A stretch of 64,000 nt of DNA from an uncultured Actinomycetes bacterium (GCA_963704725.1 OY969934.1:64001-128000); one strand, 5' to 3'. Shown: positions 20,498-30,820, numbered from the stretch's first letter. Notes: generated by a model not told the origin, from the letters alone. Made by a program: numbers and translations.

Positions 20498-20541
20498 GGC
20501 CCTCAGGGGTCGTCGGGACGAGCCCGTAGGCTGGGTCGGCG

Positions 20542-21801
20542 ATGGACGGACCCGACCGACCGAACCTCCTTCGGAGCATCCGCACGATGCCGCCGCAGGC
20601 CTGGGTGCTGTTCGCGGGCTCGTTCGTCAACCGGCTCGGCACCTTCGTGCTCCCGTTCATGACCTTGTACCTGACCCGTACCGGGTACTCGGCCACCCAG
20701 GCGGGCGTGGCGATCGCCGCGTACGGGCTCGGCGGGCTCATCGCGATGATGGGCGGCGGGTTGATCGCGGACCGGATCGGGAGGCGGAACACGATCGCCA
20801 TCTCGATGTTCGGGGCGGCCGCCGTGACCGTGGCCCTGTGGCGCGCCGGATCGCTGGCCGAGATCTACCCCCTGATGTTCGTCCTCGCCGCGACGGCGGA
20901 GCTCTACCGGCCTGCCTCGGGCGCGCTGATCGCCGACCTGCTGCCGAGCGAGCGGCGCGTCACCGCGTTCACCCTGTACCGGCTCGCGGTGAACGTCGGC
21001 TGGGCGTGCGGACTGGCCATGGGCGGCTTCCTGATCGACCGGTCGTTCGCCTTCATGTTCCTGGGTGACGCCGCCACCTCCGCGGCCTTCGGCGCGATCG
21101 CGCTGGTCGCCCTCCCGCACGGACGGCGCACCGCGCGGCACCAGGAGACGCACCTTGTCTCCGCACGCCGCTCGATCCTGGCCGACCGCGGGTTCCTGCT
21201 GTTCCTCGGCGCCGTCCTCGTCACGGGGTCGGTCTACTCGCAGAACGTGGCGACCTTCCCGCTCCACATCCACCTGTCCGGACACCCGGCCTCGGTCTTC
21301 GGCCTGCTCCAGTCCCTGAACGGCGTCCTCGTCGTGCTGTTCGAGCTGCCCGTGATCGCGTGGTCGCAGCGACACGACCGGCTCCTCGTCGTCGCCGGGG
21401 GCGAGCTGCTCATCGGCCTGGGGTTCTTCTCGCTCCTGGTGGCGCACAGCGTCCCGGCGCTTGTGGCGATGGTGGTCGTGTGGTCGGCCGGCGAGATGCT
21501 CGAGTCCCCGGTCGCCTCGGCCATCGCGGCCGACCGGGCGCCGGGCCACGCGCGCGGCCGCTACCAGTCCGCGTACGGCTCGATGTTCGGCGCGGCCTGG
21601 ATGATCGGTCCCATCGTCGGCACCGCGGTGTTCGAGCACGGGGAGAGCACCTTGTGGGTGGGGTGCGGCGTCCTCGGGCTTGTCGCGGCGAGCCTGGCCG
21701 TCTTCGCCAGGCGCTTCCCCGTCCCCGTCCACGAGAACGCCCCGCCGCCGCCCACGGCCTCGCCGGTGGAGTCGGGGGCGCTTGACGCCCCCACCCCGTA
21801 G
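20542..21801 (+). CDS. MFS transporter
   Basis: about 12 TM; motif A GG.IADRIGRR; ARGRYQ. Confidence 0.9.
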   Translation: MDGPDRPNLLRSIRTMPPQAWVLFAGSFVNRLGTFVLPFMTLYLTRTGYSATQAGVAIAAYGLGGLIAMMGGGLIADRIGRRNTIAISMFGAAAVTVALWRAGSLAEIYPLMFVLAATAELYRPASGALIADLLPSERRVTAFTLYRLAVNVGWACGLAMGGFLIDRSFAFMFLGDAATSAAFGAIALVALPHGRRTARHQETHLVSARRSILADRGFLLFLGAVLVTGSVYSQNVATFPLHIHLSGHPASVFGLLQSLNGVLVVLFELPVIAWSQRHDRLLVVAGGELLIGLGFFSLLVAHSVPALVAMVVVWSAGEMLESPVASAIAADRAPGHARGRYQSAYGSMFGAAWMIGPIVGTAVFEHGESTLWVGCGVLGLVAASLAVFARRFPVPVHENAPPPPTASPVESGALDAPTP

Positions 21802-21807
21802 CGGTTA

Positions 21808-21841
21808 GATATATCGAAGCGATATATGGAGCCGATATATC
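21808..21841. promoter_or_regulatory. three GATATATC-type palindromes at 13-bp spacing (putative PadR operator)
   Basis: GATATATC 21808, GATATATG 21821, GATATATC 21834. Confidence 0.7.
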
Positions 21842-21911
21842 GAGGCGCAACACGCCGCTCCGGATACCGGCTCCCGCGGGCGGGTGGCCCGCGGCAGGAG
21901 AAGGGAACGAG

Positions 21912-22496
21912 ATGCTGGAGCTGGCGATCCTGGGGCTGCTCAAGGAGCGGTCCATGCACGGCTACCAGCTCTCGAAGCGCCTGACCGACACGCTCGGCGG
22001 GTTCTGGCGGGTCTCCTACGGCTCGCTGTACCCGTCGCTCAAGCGTCTGGAGCGCCACGGAGCGGTCGAGCAGGTCTTCGACGAGCAGGAGGTCGGCCGG
22101 CGCAAGAACGTCTACCGGATCACCGAGCCGGGCGAGGTGCTGTTCCGCGAGCTCCTCGAGGAGGCGGGCTCGGACGCGTCCGGTGAGGAGAACCGATTCC
22201 GCGTGCGGTTGGCGTTCTTCAAGTACCTCGCGCCGGAGTCGCGGATCCGGCTGCTGGAGCGACGCCGCGCGTTCCTCGAGGAACGGCTCGCCACGCTTCG
22301 GACCTCCCTGGCCGGTCACCACGACACGTACACGCTCTCGTTGGTGGAGCACGGCCGCGAGACCACCGAGCAGGACATCGCGTGGCTCACCGGCCTGATC
22401 GCGGCGGAGCGCCGGACCACCGAGACGATCACCACTGCGAACCATCCCAAGCGCCGGGCACAGCGGGCGCTTCGGAGGAAGGAGCGCGCCACATGA
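21912..22496 (+). CDS. PadR family regulator (Rv0047c-like)
   Basis: LELAILGLL...[22 protein letters not shown]; coupled to ino1. Confidence 0.92.
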   Translation: MLELAILGLLKERSMHGYQLSKRLTDTLGGFWRVSYGSLYPSLKRLERHGAVEQVFDEQEVGRRKNVYRITEPGEVLFRELLEEAGSDASGEENRFRVRLAFFKYLAPESRIRLLERRRAFLEERLATLRTSLAGHHDTYTLSLVEHGRETTEQDIAWLTGLIAAERRTTETITTANHPKRRAQRALRRKERAT

Positions 22497-23632
22497 GCAA
22501 GGTCAGACTCGCGATCGTCGGCGTCGGGAACTGCGCCTCGTCGCTCGTGCAGGGCCTCGAGTACTACAAGGACGCGGACCCGAAGGACACGGTGCCCGGT
22601 CTGATGCACGTCGACCTCGGCGGCTACCACATCCGCGACGTGGAGATCGTGGTCGCGTTCGACGTCGACGCGAAGAAGGTCCACACGGACGTGTCGGACG
22701 CGATCGTCTCCGAGCCCAACAACACGATCCGGTTCGCCGACGTTCCGCACCTCGGTGTCGAGGTCCGTCGCGGGCCGACGCTCGACGGGCTCGGCCGGTA
22801 CTACCGCGAGACGATCGAGGAGTCCGACGCCCCGCCGGTCGATGTGGCGCAAGCGCTTCGGGACAGCGAGGCCGACGTGCTCGTCAGCTATCTCCCCGTC
22901 GGCTCGGAGGAGGCGGCCAAGCACTACGCGCAGGCCGCGATCGACGCCGGCGTGGCGCTCGTCAACTGCCTGCCGGTGTTCATCTCTTCGGACGAGACGT
23001 GGGCGCAGAAGTTCGTGGCCGCGGGCGTGCCGATCGTGGGCGACGACATCAAGAGCCAGGTCGGCGCGACGATCGTCCACCGCATCCTGACCAAGCTGTT
23101 CGAGGATCGCGGCGTGAAGCTCAACCGGACCTACCAGCTCAACTTCGGCGGCAACATGGACTTCATGAACATGCTCGAGCGCGACCGGCTCGCTTCGAAG
23201 AAGAAGTCGAAGACGCAGTCGGTGCAGTCGCAGATGCGCAAGCAGCTCGACGGACACGACATCCACATCGGCCCCTCCGACTACGTGCCGTGGCTCGACG
23301 ACCGCAAGTGGGCGCAGATCCGTCTCGAGGGGCAGAACTTCGGCGACGTGCCGCTGAACATCGAGCTGAAGCTCGAGGTGTGGGACAGCCCGAACTCGGC
23401 CGGCATCGTGATCGACGCGATCCGGTGCGCGAAGCTCGGGCTCGACCGTGGCGTGGCCGGCCCGCTCATCGGCCCCAGCGCCTACTTCATGAAGTCGCCA
23501 CCGGTGCAGTTCAGCGACGAGGCCGCCCGCGAGATGGTCGAGGAGTTCATCATCGGCAACGGCCAGAGCAAGGCCGCGGACTGGACCGCGTTCTTCGACG
23601 TCCATCCGGAGGAGGCAGACGCGTCGGCCTGA
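22493..23632 (+). CDS. ino1: myo-inositol-1-phosphate synthase
   Basis: [54 protein letters not shown]. Confidence 0.96.
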   Translation: MSKVRLAIVGVGNCASSLVQGLEYYKDADPKDTVPGLMHVDLGGYHIRDVEIVVAFDVDAKKVHTDVSDAIVSEPNNTIRFADVPHLGVEVRRGPTLDGLGRYYRETIEESDAPPVDVAQALRDSEADVLVSYLPVGSEEAAKHYAQAAIDAGVALVNCLPVFISSDETWAQKFVAAGVPIVGDDIKSQVGATIVHRILTKLFEDRGVKLNRTYQLNFGGNMDFMNMLERDRLASKKKSKTQSVQSQMRKQLDGHDIHIGPSDYVPWLDDRKWAQIRLEGQNFGDVPLNIELKLEVWDSPNSAGIVIDAIRCAKLGLDRGVAGPLIGPSAYFMKSPPVQFSDEAAREMVEEFIIGNGQSKAADWTAFFDVHPEEADASA

Positions 23633-23714
23633 GGTCCGACGGCCGTTCCGCACACCCGGACCAGGGCCGATGGTCCCGATGCCGTCCAACCCCCTCTGAG
23701 AGACTGACGGCGCG

Positions 23715-24713
23715 ATGACCGTTCCCCCGCCACCTCGATTCGCCGACGACGACGAGTACGAGCGGTCGCTCCGCGACGCCGGGTTCTGGGCTCCGTACGC
23801 GCGGGCGGCGCTGCGCATGTCGGGCCTGGAGGACGACGGCGAGGTGCGGACTCATTTCCCCACGACCCACGTTGCGGCGTTCGTGGGCGATCGGTACGTC
23901 GTCAAGCTCCATCACGAGGACTGGTTCGGCGAGGATTGCTTCCAGACCGAGCGCGAGGCGTATCGGATGCTCGCCGACCGCGGCCTGCCCGTCCCCGAGC
24001 TGCTGGCCGAGGGCGCGCTGTACGACGAGGCGTGGCGGTGGCCCTTCCTCGTCACCACGGCGATGGGCGGACGCTCGTTGCGGGAGGCGGACGGCGGCGT
24101 GATGCCCGAGGATCGCCACCGCGTGGCCGGCTGGCTCGGGAAGGCCGTCCACGATCTCCACGGTGTTCCCATCCACGACGGCGAGCGCATCAGCCACGAG
24201 GTCTACTGCGACCTGATCCAGGTCCGGATGCAGCGGGCGCATCGCGACCACGAGCAGTGGGCCTCGCTCCCGGACCTGCTCGTCGGACAGATCCGCGACT
24301 ACCTGTGGAACGCCCGCTCCCTGATCGACCCGGAGCGCCAGAAGCCGGTGTTCCTACATGGCGATCTGCACGAGGGCAACGTGTTCGTCGACGGCGAACC
24401 CGGCACCCTCGAGCCGCACGGGATCGTCGACTTCGACGACGCCTACGAAGGGGACCCCCACTACGACCTCGTGGCGATCCACGCGAGGACGTTCGGCACG
24501 GACAAGGCGCTGCTCCGGGCGTTCCTGGAGGCCTACGGGTGGGGCGAGCTCGGCAAGCGGTGGCCCCGGCGGATGATGGCGCTCACCCTGGCGCACGACT
24601 TCGACATGGTCGGCCCGTTCGCCGACCGGATCCCCGCGGGCGTCGAGACGTTCGACGATCTCGCGACGCTGGTGTGGGACCTCGACGCGCCGGGGCTGCC
24701 GACCGCCGGTTGA
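23715..24713 (+). CDS. aminoglycoside phosphotransferase family kinase, APH(7'') hygromycin kinase-like
   Basis: HGDLHEGNVF, GIVDFDD; FW.PYARAAL, E.EAY.ML, WRWPFLV and LAHDFD resemble Streptomyces APH(7'')-Ia as I recall it. Confidence 0.8.
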   Translation: MTVPPPPRFADDDEYERSLRDAGFWAPYARAALRMSGLEDDGEVRTHFPTTHVAAFVGDRYVVKLHHEDWFGEDCFQTEREAYRMLADRGLPVPELLAEGALYDEAWRWPFLVTTAMGGRSLREADGGVMPEDRHRVAGWLGKAVHDLHGVPIHDGERISHEVYCDLIQVRMQRAHRDHEQWASLPDLLVGQIRDYLWNARSLIDPERQKPVFLHGDLHEGNVFVDGEPGTLEPHGIVDFDDAYEGDPHYDLVAIHARTFGTDKALLRAFLEAYGWGELGKRWPRRMMALTLAHDFDMVGPFADRIPAGVETFDDLATLVWDLDAPGLPTAG

Positions 24714-24804
24714 GCCCGGCCGGTCAACTCACCGTCTCCTCTACCATCGTGGACCGGTGACGGCGCCACGCCCGGCGCCCGCCGACCCGACGGAAGGAGA
24801 GGCC

Positions 24805-25206
24805 ATGCGCACGTCCCGCCTGAACCCGCCCACCGTCGCGCCGCCGATCGGCAGCTACTCGCACGCCGTTCGCGTCGAGACGCAGGATGCGGTCTGGATC
24901 CACGTCTCCGGGCAGATCGCGCTCGACCCCGACGGGAACCTGTCCGGGCCGGGCGACCTGCCCGCCCAGACCGAACGGGTCTTCGAGAACCTAGCCAGTG
25001 TCCTGGAGGCGAACGGCGCGACCTTCGCCGACGTGGTGAAGATCCAGACCTACCTGACCACGCTCGACGGGCTTGCCGGCAGCCGGGAGGTCCGCGCCCG
25101 GTACCTGCCCGCCGAGCCCCCGGCGAGCACCGCGGTGCAGGTGGTGGCACTCCTGCACCCCGAGGCGCTGATCGAGGTCGACGTCGTCGCGGCGGTGCCG
25201 GCATGA
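24805..25206 (+). CDS. RidA/YjgF family protein
   Basis: YSHAV, VSGQIAL, QTERVFENL, PASTAVQV..L..PEALIEVD. Confidence 0.92.
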   Translation: MRTSRLNPPTVAPPIGSYSHAVRVETQDAVWIHVSGQIALDPDGNLSGPGDLPAQTERVFENLASVLEANGATFADVVKIQTYLTTLDGLAGSREVRARYLPAEPPASTAVQVVALLHPEALIEVDVVAAVPA

Positions 25207-26054
25207 CCCGCGTGGCGTTCCTCGGACTGGGGGCCATGGGGCGGCCGATGGCCGGCCGGCTCCTGGCGGCGGGCCACGACCTCCGGGTCTGGAACCGGAC
25301 GCCGGCACGGGCCGACGAGCTCGTCGCGTCGGGTGCGGCCCGGGCGGCGACCCCGGCGGAGGCGACGCGCGACGCCGAGGTCGTGATCACGATGCTCGCC
25401 GACCCGGCGGCCCTTCGGGACGTCCTGATCGGCCCCGGAGGCGTCGCCGAGACGATCGCGCCGGAGGCAACGCTCGTCGAGATGTCCACCGTCGGCCCCG
25501 GTGCGATCCGGGAGGCCGCCGAGTCGCTGCGACCGGTCGCCGTCGTCGATGCGCCGGTGCTCGGGAGCGTCCCGCACGCCGAGAGCGGCACCCTGACGAT
25601 CCTGGCGGGAGGCGACCCCATCGTGATCCGGCGTCATCTGGAGCTGCTCGGCGCGATGGGCTCCGTCCGCCACGTGGGCGCCTCCGGAGCCGGCGCCGCG
25701 CTGAAGCTCGCCAACAACGCCGCGGTGATGTCCGCGCTCGTGGGCCTGGGGGAGGTCCTCGCGTTCACCGACCGGCTGGGGATCGATCCCGAGGTCGCGC
25801 TCGACGGCATGAGCCAGGGACCCATGGCCTCGCTCATCGAGCGCTGGCGCGACAAGATCACCGGCAAGGTCAGCCGGGTCGACTTCAGGCTGGCCTTGGC
25901 CCGCAAGGATCTCGGGCTCGCGATCGACGAGGGCGCCGGGGTCGGCGTCTCGCTGTCCGTCCCCGCCGCAGCCGTGGCGCGATGCGATGAGGCGATCGCC
26001 GGAGGCAGGGCGGACGACGACAACACGGCCGTGGTCGCGGCGGTGCGAGGCTGA
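25203..26054 (+). CDS. NAD(P)-dependent beta-hydroxyacid dehydrogenase family
   Basis: FLGLGAMG.PMA, WNRT, EMSTV, DAPVLG, KLANN, KDL. Confidence 0.92.
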   Translation: MTRVAFLGLGAMGRPMAGRLLAAGHDLRVWNRTPARADELVASGAARAATPAEATRDAEVVITMLADPAALRDVLIGPGGVAETIAPEATLVEMSTVGPGAIREAAESLRPVAVVDAPVLGSVPHAESGTLTILAGGDPIVIRRHLELLGAMGSVRHVGASGAGAALKLANNAAVMSALVGLGEVLAFTDRLGIDPEVALDGMSQGPMASLIERWRDKITGKVSRVDFRLALARKDLGLAIDEGAGVGVSLSVPAAAVARCDEAIAGGRADDDNTAVVAAVRG

Positions 26055-26116
26055 ACGCGCCGGTTGCCCGGCCTCGGATTCGACAGGAGACCCCGTGGCG
26101 GGATAGAACCTCCCCG

Positions 26117-27478
26117 GTGGATGCCGGACGTGGAGATTCGCGTCCGGGGGCTCGCCGCCGCTGGCCGTTCTTCGATCTCGCCTCCGAGGGCATGCTGCTC
26201 GTGGGGCCGGGCGATGGCGTTGTCGTCGCTGTGAACGACGCCTGGTGTGAGCTCACCGGATACGAACGCGCCGAGGTCGAAGGGCGGGCGTGGTCCGACC
26301 TCGCCCTCACCGCGGCTTCGGATCCCCAGGAGGAGCACGACCCCTCGTCGACGCGCCGGGAGGTGGAGCTGCGCACCCGCTCGGGAGAGTTCCGCATCGT
26401 CGACGAGCGCGCCAGACCGGTCGAGGTCGACGGCGAGCCGCTCCTGCTTCGAAGCATCACCGACCTGACTCACGAGCGGCAGCTCCTGGTCGAGCTCGAG
26501 CGCAGCCGGGCCGACCTGGCCAGAGCTCAGGCCATCTCCCGGACCGGGAGCTTCGTGTTCGACCTGCGGACCAACGAGGTCCTGCCCTCGGACGAGCTTC
26601 TCCGACTGCTCTCGATCGACTCGGCCACGTTCGACGGGACGCTCGCCGACGCGCTCGAGCGGATCCACCCCGACGACGTGCCGACGATCGCATCGACGAT
26701 CGACCACATCCTGCAGGATCGCGTCGTCCCCTCCGTCCTGATCCGTGTGCTCGGACCCGGGGACGAGATCCGGTGGGTCCAGGCGCAGGGCGAGCTGGAG
26801 GTCGACCCGGAGGGTGCGCCGATGCGCGTGGTCGGCACGGCCCAGGAGGTCACCGAGCGGGTCCTGCTCGAGGAGGAGGCCCGGCGCCTGCTCGCCCGGG
26901 TGGTCGAGATGCGGGAGGCCGATCGGCGGGAGGTGGCCGAGATCCTGCAGGACGGCCTCCTGCAGATGCTCTCGGCGCTCCTGCTCCGGCTCGACCTCAT
27001 CGGCTCCCGGATCGCCGCGCACGACGCCCAGGAGCTCGCGCGCGTCACCGAGGCCGTCCGCGGATCGATGCAGCGGGTTCGACAGGTGGTCTTCGACCTC
27101 CGGCCGACCGCACTCGACCACGGTGTCGGTCCCGCAGTGGAGGAGCTCGCGGCGCGGATGCTCGCCGCCTGGGATCTCGAGGTGCACGTCGAGGACGCTG
27201 CAGGCGTCGCGCTGTCCGACGAAGCCCGCTCGGTCGCGTACCGATTCGTGCGCGAGGCGCTGGCCGCGCTCGCGCCGGGGACGGCCCAGGTGCGCGTCGT
27301 GTGGGAGGACGGTCTCCTCGTCGAGGTGTGCCACCGCGGCCGGGGTCGCCTCGCCGACGCCGACCGGCCCCTGCTGGAGGAGGTCGCGGAGCTCGCCGGC
27401 GGCACGCTCGACGTCCGGAGCAACGGCGAGACCTGCCTCCGGCTGCGACTGCCCGATCCACGCCCGCTCTCGGTGTAG
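26117..27478 (+). CDS. PAS-PAS sensor with degenerate HisKA_3/HATPase (pseudo-histidine kinase)
   Basis: PAS motifs VNDAWCELTGY and IHPDD..IRWV; H-box EILQDGLLQ lacks His; N and G boxes degenerate. Confidence 0.75.
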   Translation: MDAGRGDSRPGARRRWPFFDLASEGMLLVGPGDGVVVAVNDAWCELTGYERAEVEGRAWSDLALTAASDPQEEHDPSSTRREVELRTRSGEFRIVDERARPVEVDGEPLLLRSITDLTHERQLLVELERSRADLARAQAISRTGSFVFDLRTNEVLPSDELLRLLSIDSATFDGTLADALERIHPDDVPTIASTIDHILQDRVVPSVLIRVLGPGDEIRWVQAQGELEVDPEGAPMRVVGTAQEVTERVLLEEEARRLLARVVEMREADRREVAEILQDGLLQMLSALLLRLDLIGSRIAAHDAQELARVTEAVRGSMQRVRQVVFDLRPTALDHGVGPAVEELAARMLAAWDLEVHVEDAAGVALSDEARSVAYRFVREALAALAPGTAQVRVVWEDGLLVEVCHRGRGRLADADRPLLEEVAELAGGTLDVRSNGETCLRLRLPDPRPLSV

Positions 27479-27508
27479 CCGGGCCGGCGGGCCCCTACCA
27501 TCGCTCGT

Positions 27509-28966
27509 ATGGAGGGAACGCTCGGCCGGGCCCGCGGGGCGCTCCGAAGCCCCGACTTTCGCCGGCTGTTCGCGATCCGCCTCGTCTCGCAGTCGGCCGA
27601 CGGGCTGTTCCAGGCCGCGCTGGTGGCCTCGGTCGTGTTCTCGCCCACGGACCAAAGCACCACGACCGGGTTCGCCATCGCCACCCTGGTCGTCTCCCTC
27701 CCCTTCTCGGTCCTCGGCCCGTTCACCGGCGTGTTCATCGACCGGTGGTCGCGCCGCCGGATCCTGATCGTCGCGCCGCTGCTCCGGGTGGCCCTCGTGT
27801 GGCTGGTCCTGTTCGAGCCTGAGACCGCCGCGCTCCCGTTCTACCTGGGCGCGCTGTGGGTGCTGTCCGTCAACCGGTTCTACCTCTCGACGGCGGTGGC
27901 CGTGGTACCCCGACTGGTGCCGATCGAGGACCTGCTCATCGCCAACTCGATCTCGATCGTCGGGGGTACGGTCGCGTTGCTCGTCGGCGTCTTCGTCGGC
28001 GGCTGGCTCCACGATCTCGCGGGGGGGAACACGCCGGTGATCGCCCTGGCGGGAGCGCAGTGGCTGATCGCCTCCGGGATCGCCGCCCGGATCGGCTCAC
28101 CGCTCGTTCCGCACCAGCTGCCCGAGGCGCCGATGCGCGACGAGCTGCGGCGTGTCGCGCACGAGTTCGCCGACGGCGCGTCGCGGCTGTTCCACACGCC
28201 GCGAGCGCTCGGACCCATCGTCTCGATCACGCTCGACCAGATGGGGCAGGGGATCATCCTGGTCCTGTCGCTGTTCTTCTTCCGGGAGCAGTACAAGCAG
28301 GGCGTGGCCTCGTTCTCGAACCTGATCGGCGCCGGGGGCGTCGGCGTGCTGGTCGGGATCTTCACCGTCGGCAAGCTCGAGGAGCGCTTCGCCAAGGAGC
28401 GCATCGTCGCCGGGTCGTTCGCGATCGGCGGCCTGGTGCTCGTCGCCCTCTCGCTCGCCATCACGCAGTGGACGGTGCTCCTGGCGAGCTTCGGCGTCGG
28501 CCTGACGTTCGCGTGGAAGAAGATCCCGGTCGACACGTTGGTGCAGGAGGCCGTGCCCGACGGGTACCGGGGCCGGGTCTTCGCCGTGTACGACGTGTCC
28601 TACAACCTGTCGCGCGTGGTCGCCGCGTTCCTGGCCATCCCGATGCTGCCCGCCCTGGGCGAGGCCTGGTCCGTCGCCGTGGTCGGTGTCGCGTTCGTGC
28701 TGTGGTCGCCCGTGCTCCCCCGCTGGATCGGGCGCTCCCCGGGCATCCGCATCCGGTTCTACGAGGGGGCGAGGGCGGAGGAGGAGCCCCGCGCCGTCGT
28801 GTGGGGGGGCGTGGAGGAAGACGTCGAGGTGGAGCGGCGGTGGCTCGACGAGCGCGACGGGGAGCGGCGCATGCGGTACCGCCTCGCCATGCGCGACGGA
28901 ACCGTCATCGACGTGTCGAAGGCGGAGTCCGAGTCCGACTGGCGACTGGACCGCGAGTCGGACTAG
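27509..28966 (+). CDS. MFS transporter with extra C-terminal soluble domain
   Basis: GPFTGVFIDRWSRR, YRGRVFAVYD; about 70-aa hydrophilic tail. Confidence 0.88.
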   Translation: MEGTLGRARGALRSPDFRRLFAIRLVSQSADGLFQAALVASVVFSPTDQSTTTGFAIATLVVSLPFSVLGPFTGVFIDRWSRRRILIVAPLLRVALVWLVLFEPETAALPFYLGALWVLSVNRFYLSTAVAVVPRLVPIEDLLIANSISIVGGTVALLVGVFVGGWLHDLAGGNTPVIALAGAQWLIASGIAARIGSPLVPHQLPEAPMRDELRRVAHEFADGASRLFHTPRALGPIVSITLDQMGQGIILVLSLFFFREQYKQGVASFSNLIGAGGVGVLVGIFTVGKLEERFAKERIVAGSFAIGGLVLVALSLAITQWTVLLASFGVGLTFAWKKIPVDTLVQEAVPDGYRGRVFAVYDVSYNLSRVVAAFLAIPMLPALGEAWSVAVVGVAFVLWSPVLPRWIGRSPGIRIRFYEGARAEEEPRAVVWGGVEEDVEVERRWLDERDGERRMRYRLAMRDGTVIDVSKAESESDWRLDRESD

Positions 28967-30240
28967 GCCGGGAGTGCGTCCGCCGCCGGCTCGGGCCCCA
29001 CCGGGGCGAGCTCCGCAGACCCGCGGGACTCCCGCCGCGCGACGAGCCACAGTCCGACGATCCCGGTCACGACGGCGATCACGCCGCCGCCGGCGAACCC
29101 GGCCCGCGCGCCGAAGCGCTCGGCGACCCAGCCCGCGACGGGACCGCCGATCGGCGTCGAACCCAGGAACACGATCCCGTAGAGCGCCATCACCCGGCCG
29201 CGCATGTCGGGGCGCGCCGTGAGCTGGAGGGTGGCGTTCGCGGTGATGAAGAAGACGATCGACGCGATCCCGAGCGGGACCATCGACACCACGGCGAGGT
29301 CGAGGGTCGGCGCGATCGCGACGAGCGTCGTCACCACGCCGACGACCGCGGCCGAGATCGCCAGGCGGCGCTCGCCGAAGCCGCTCCGTCCGGCCATGAC
29401 GAGCGCCCCCAGGAGCGATCCGACGCCGGTGACCGAGAAGAGCAGGCCGAGCGTGCCGGCGTCGCCGCCGAAGGTCCGACGAGCGAACAGCGGCATCAGC
29501 ACCGTGTAGTTGAACGTGAACAGGAACAGGACCGACATCAGCAGGAGCGGCCGGCGCAGCTCGCCGGTCCCCCATACGTACCGCAGGCCCTTGCGGATCG
29601 CGCCGGCCTCCCGCGGCGCCCGCAACGGACGGAGCTCGGCGGGGCGCATGGCGAGCAGACCGGCGATCACGCCCAGGTACGAGACGGCGTTGACGAGGAA
29701 GCACCACTGCATCCCGACGCCGTGGATCAGCAGGCCGGCCAGCGCCGGACCCACGATCCTCGTGCCGGTCATCACGGCGCTGTTGAGGCTGACCGCGTTC
29801 GTCAGGTCCCGCGGCTCGACCATCTCGGCGAAGAAGCTCTGCCGCGTGGGCTGGTCGATCGACGTCACCACGCCCTGCAGGAAGGACAGCGAGTAGACCA
29901 TCCACAGCTCGACGACGCCGGCCGCCACCAACCCCCACAGCGCCAGCGCGAGCAGGCCAAACGCGACCTGCGTGGCGAGGAGGATCCGCCGCTTGTCGTG
30001 GCCGTCCGCGAACGCCCCGCCCAGCGATCCGAACAGCAGCATCGGGCCGAAGGCGAGCGCCGTGTCGATGCCGAGCGCCACGCCACTGCCGGTGAGACGG
30101 AACACCAACCACGCCGCGGCGACCATCTGCATCCAGGTTCCGCTGACCGAGACGGCCTGGCCGATGAAGAACAGGCGGAAGTTCCGGGAGTGCCCGATCG
30201 AGTGGAACGTGCGGTGGACGACGCGGCGGACGGGACTCAC
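28963..30240 (-). CDS. MFS transporter (MFS_3-like)
   Basis: NFRLFFIGQAVS..GTWMQ, NAVSLNS, MRGRVMALY. Confidence 0.92.
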   Translation of the reverse strand: MSPVRRVVHRTFHSIGHSRNFRLFFIGQAVSVSGTWMQMVAAAWLVFRLTGSGVALGIDTALAFGPMLLFGSLGGAFADGHDKRRILLATQVAFGLLALALWGLVAAGVVELWMVYSLSFLQGVVTSIDQPTRQSFFAEMVEPRDLTNAVSLNSAVMTGTRIVGPALAGLLIHGVGMQWCFLVNAVSYLGVIAGLLAMRPAELRPLRAPREAGAIRKGLRYVWGTGELRRPLLLMSVLFLFTFNYTVLMPLFARRTFGGDAGTLGLLFSVTGVGSLLGALVMAGRSGFGERRLAISAAVVGVVTTLVAIAPTLDLAVVSMVPLGIASIVFFITANATLQLTARPDMRGRVMALYGIVFLGSTPIGGPVAGWVAERFGARAGFAGGGVIAVVTGIVGLWLVARRESRGSAELAPVGPEPAADALPA

Positions 30241-30677
30241 GACTGACCCTCGGTGAGCCGCTCCAGGAGGCCCGCCGCGGCCTCGAGCGTGTCGATCTCC
30301 CCCGGCTCCAGCGACCGAAGGGCCTTCGCCAGGTAGGCCTCCTTGCGGCGCCGGCTCCGATCGAGGAGGCGCCGGCCCTCGGCCGTGACCCGCACCCAGA
30401 CCACCCGGCGGTCCGCGGGATCGTGCTCTCGGACGACGAGACCGACCTCGACGAGCGCGGCCACGACCCGCGTCAGGGTCGGCGGCTGGACCTGTTCGGC
30501 CCCGCACAGCTCGCGCATCGTGAGGGGCCCCAGCCGGTCCGCCGACGACAGCGCGGACAGCATCGTCGGCGTGATGCCGGTCTCGGCCTGCTGCCGCAGC
30601 CGTCGCGCGAGCCGCGTGACGCCCAGGCGGAGCCGGGCGGCCAGGGCGGCGGTGTCTGCGGGGGCGGTGGTCGTCAC
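30237..30677 (-). CDS. MarR family regulator
   Basis: LARRLRQ, PPTLTRVVAAL..GLV.R..DP.DRR; leaderless GTG after TATCCT. Confidence 0.9.
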   Translation of the reverse strand: MTTTAPADTAALAARLRLGVTRLARRLRQQAETGITPTMLSALSSADRLGPLTMRELCGAEQVQPPTLTRVVAALVEVGLVVREHDPADRRVVWVRVTAEGRRLLDRSRRRKEAYLAKALRSLEPGEIDTLEAAAGLLERLTEGQS

Positions 30678-30699
30678 GATCCGCAGGATACTACGCAAT

Positions 30700-30709
30700 G
30701 CTAATTAGC
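30700..30709. promoter_or_regulatory. palindrome, putative MarR operator
   Basis: GCTAATTAGC just upstream of the marR -10. Confidence 0.4.
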
Positions 30710-30820
30710 GCAGCGAAGGACTCCGCCGCACCGGCCGGATCCCCGACCGACGGGAACCGAGGGCGTGCGCCTCGCGTCGGCTCGGTGGCGGGGGTGCCAC
30801 ACTCGATCCCGGAGGTCCGG

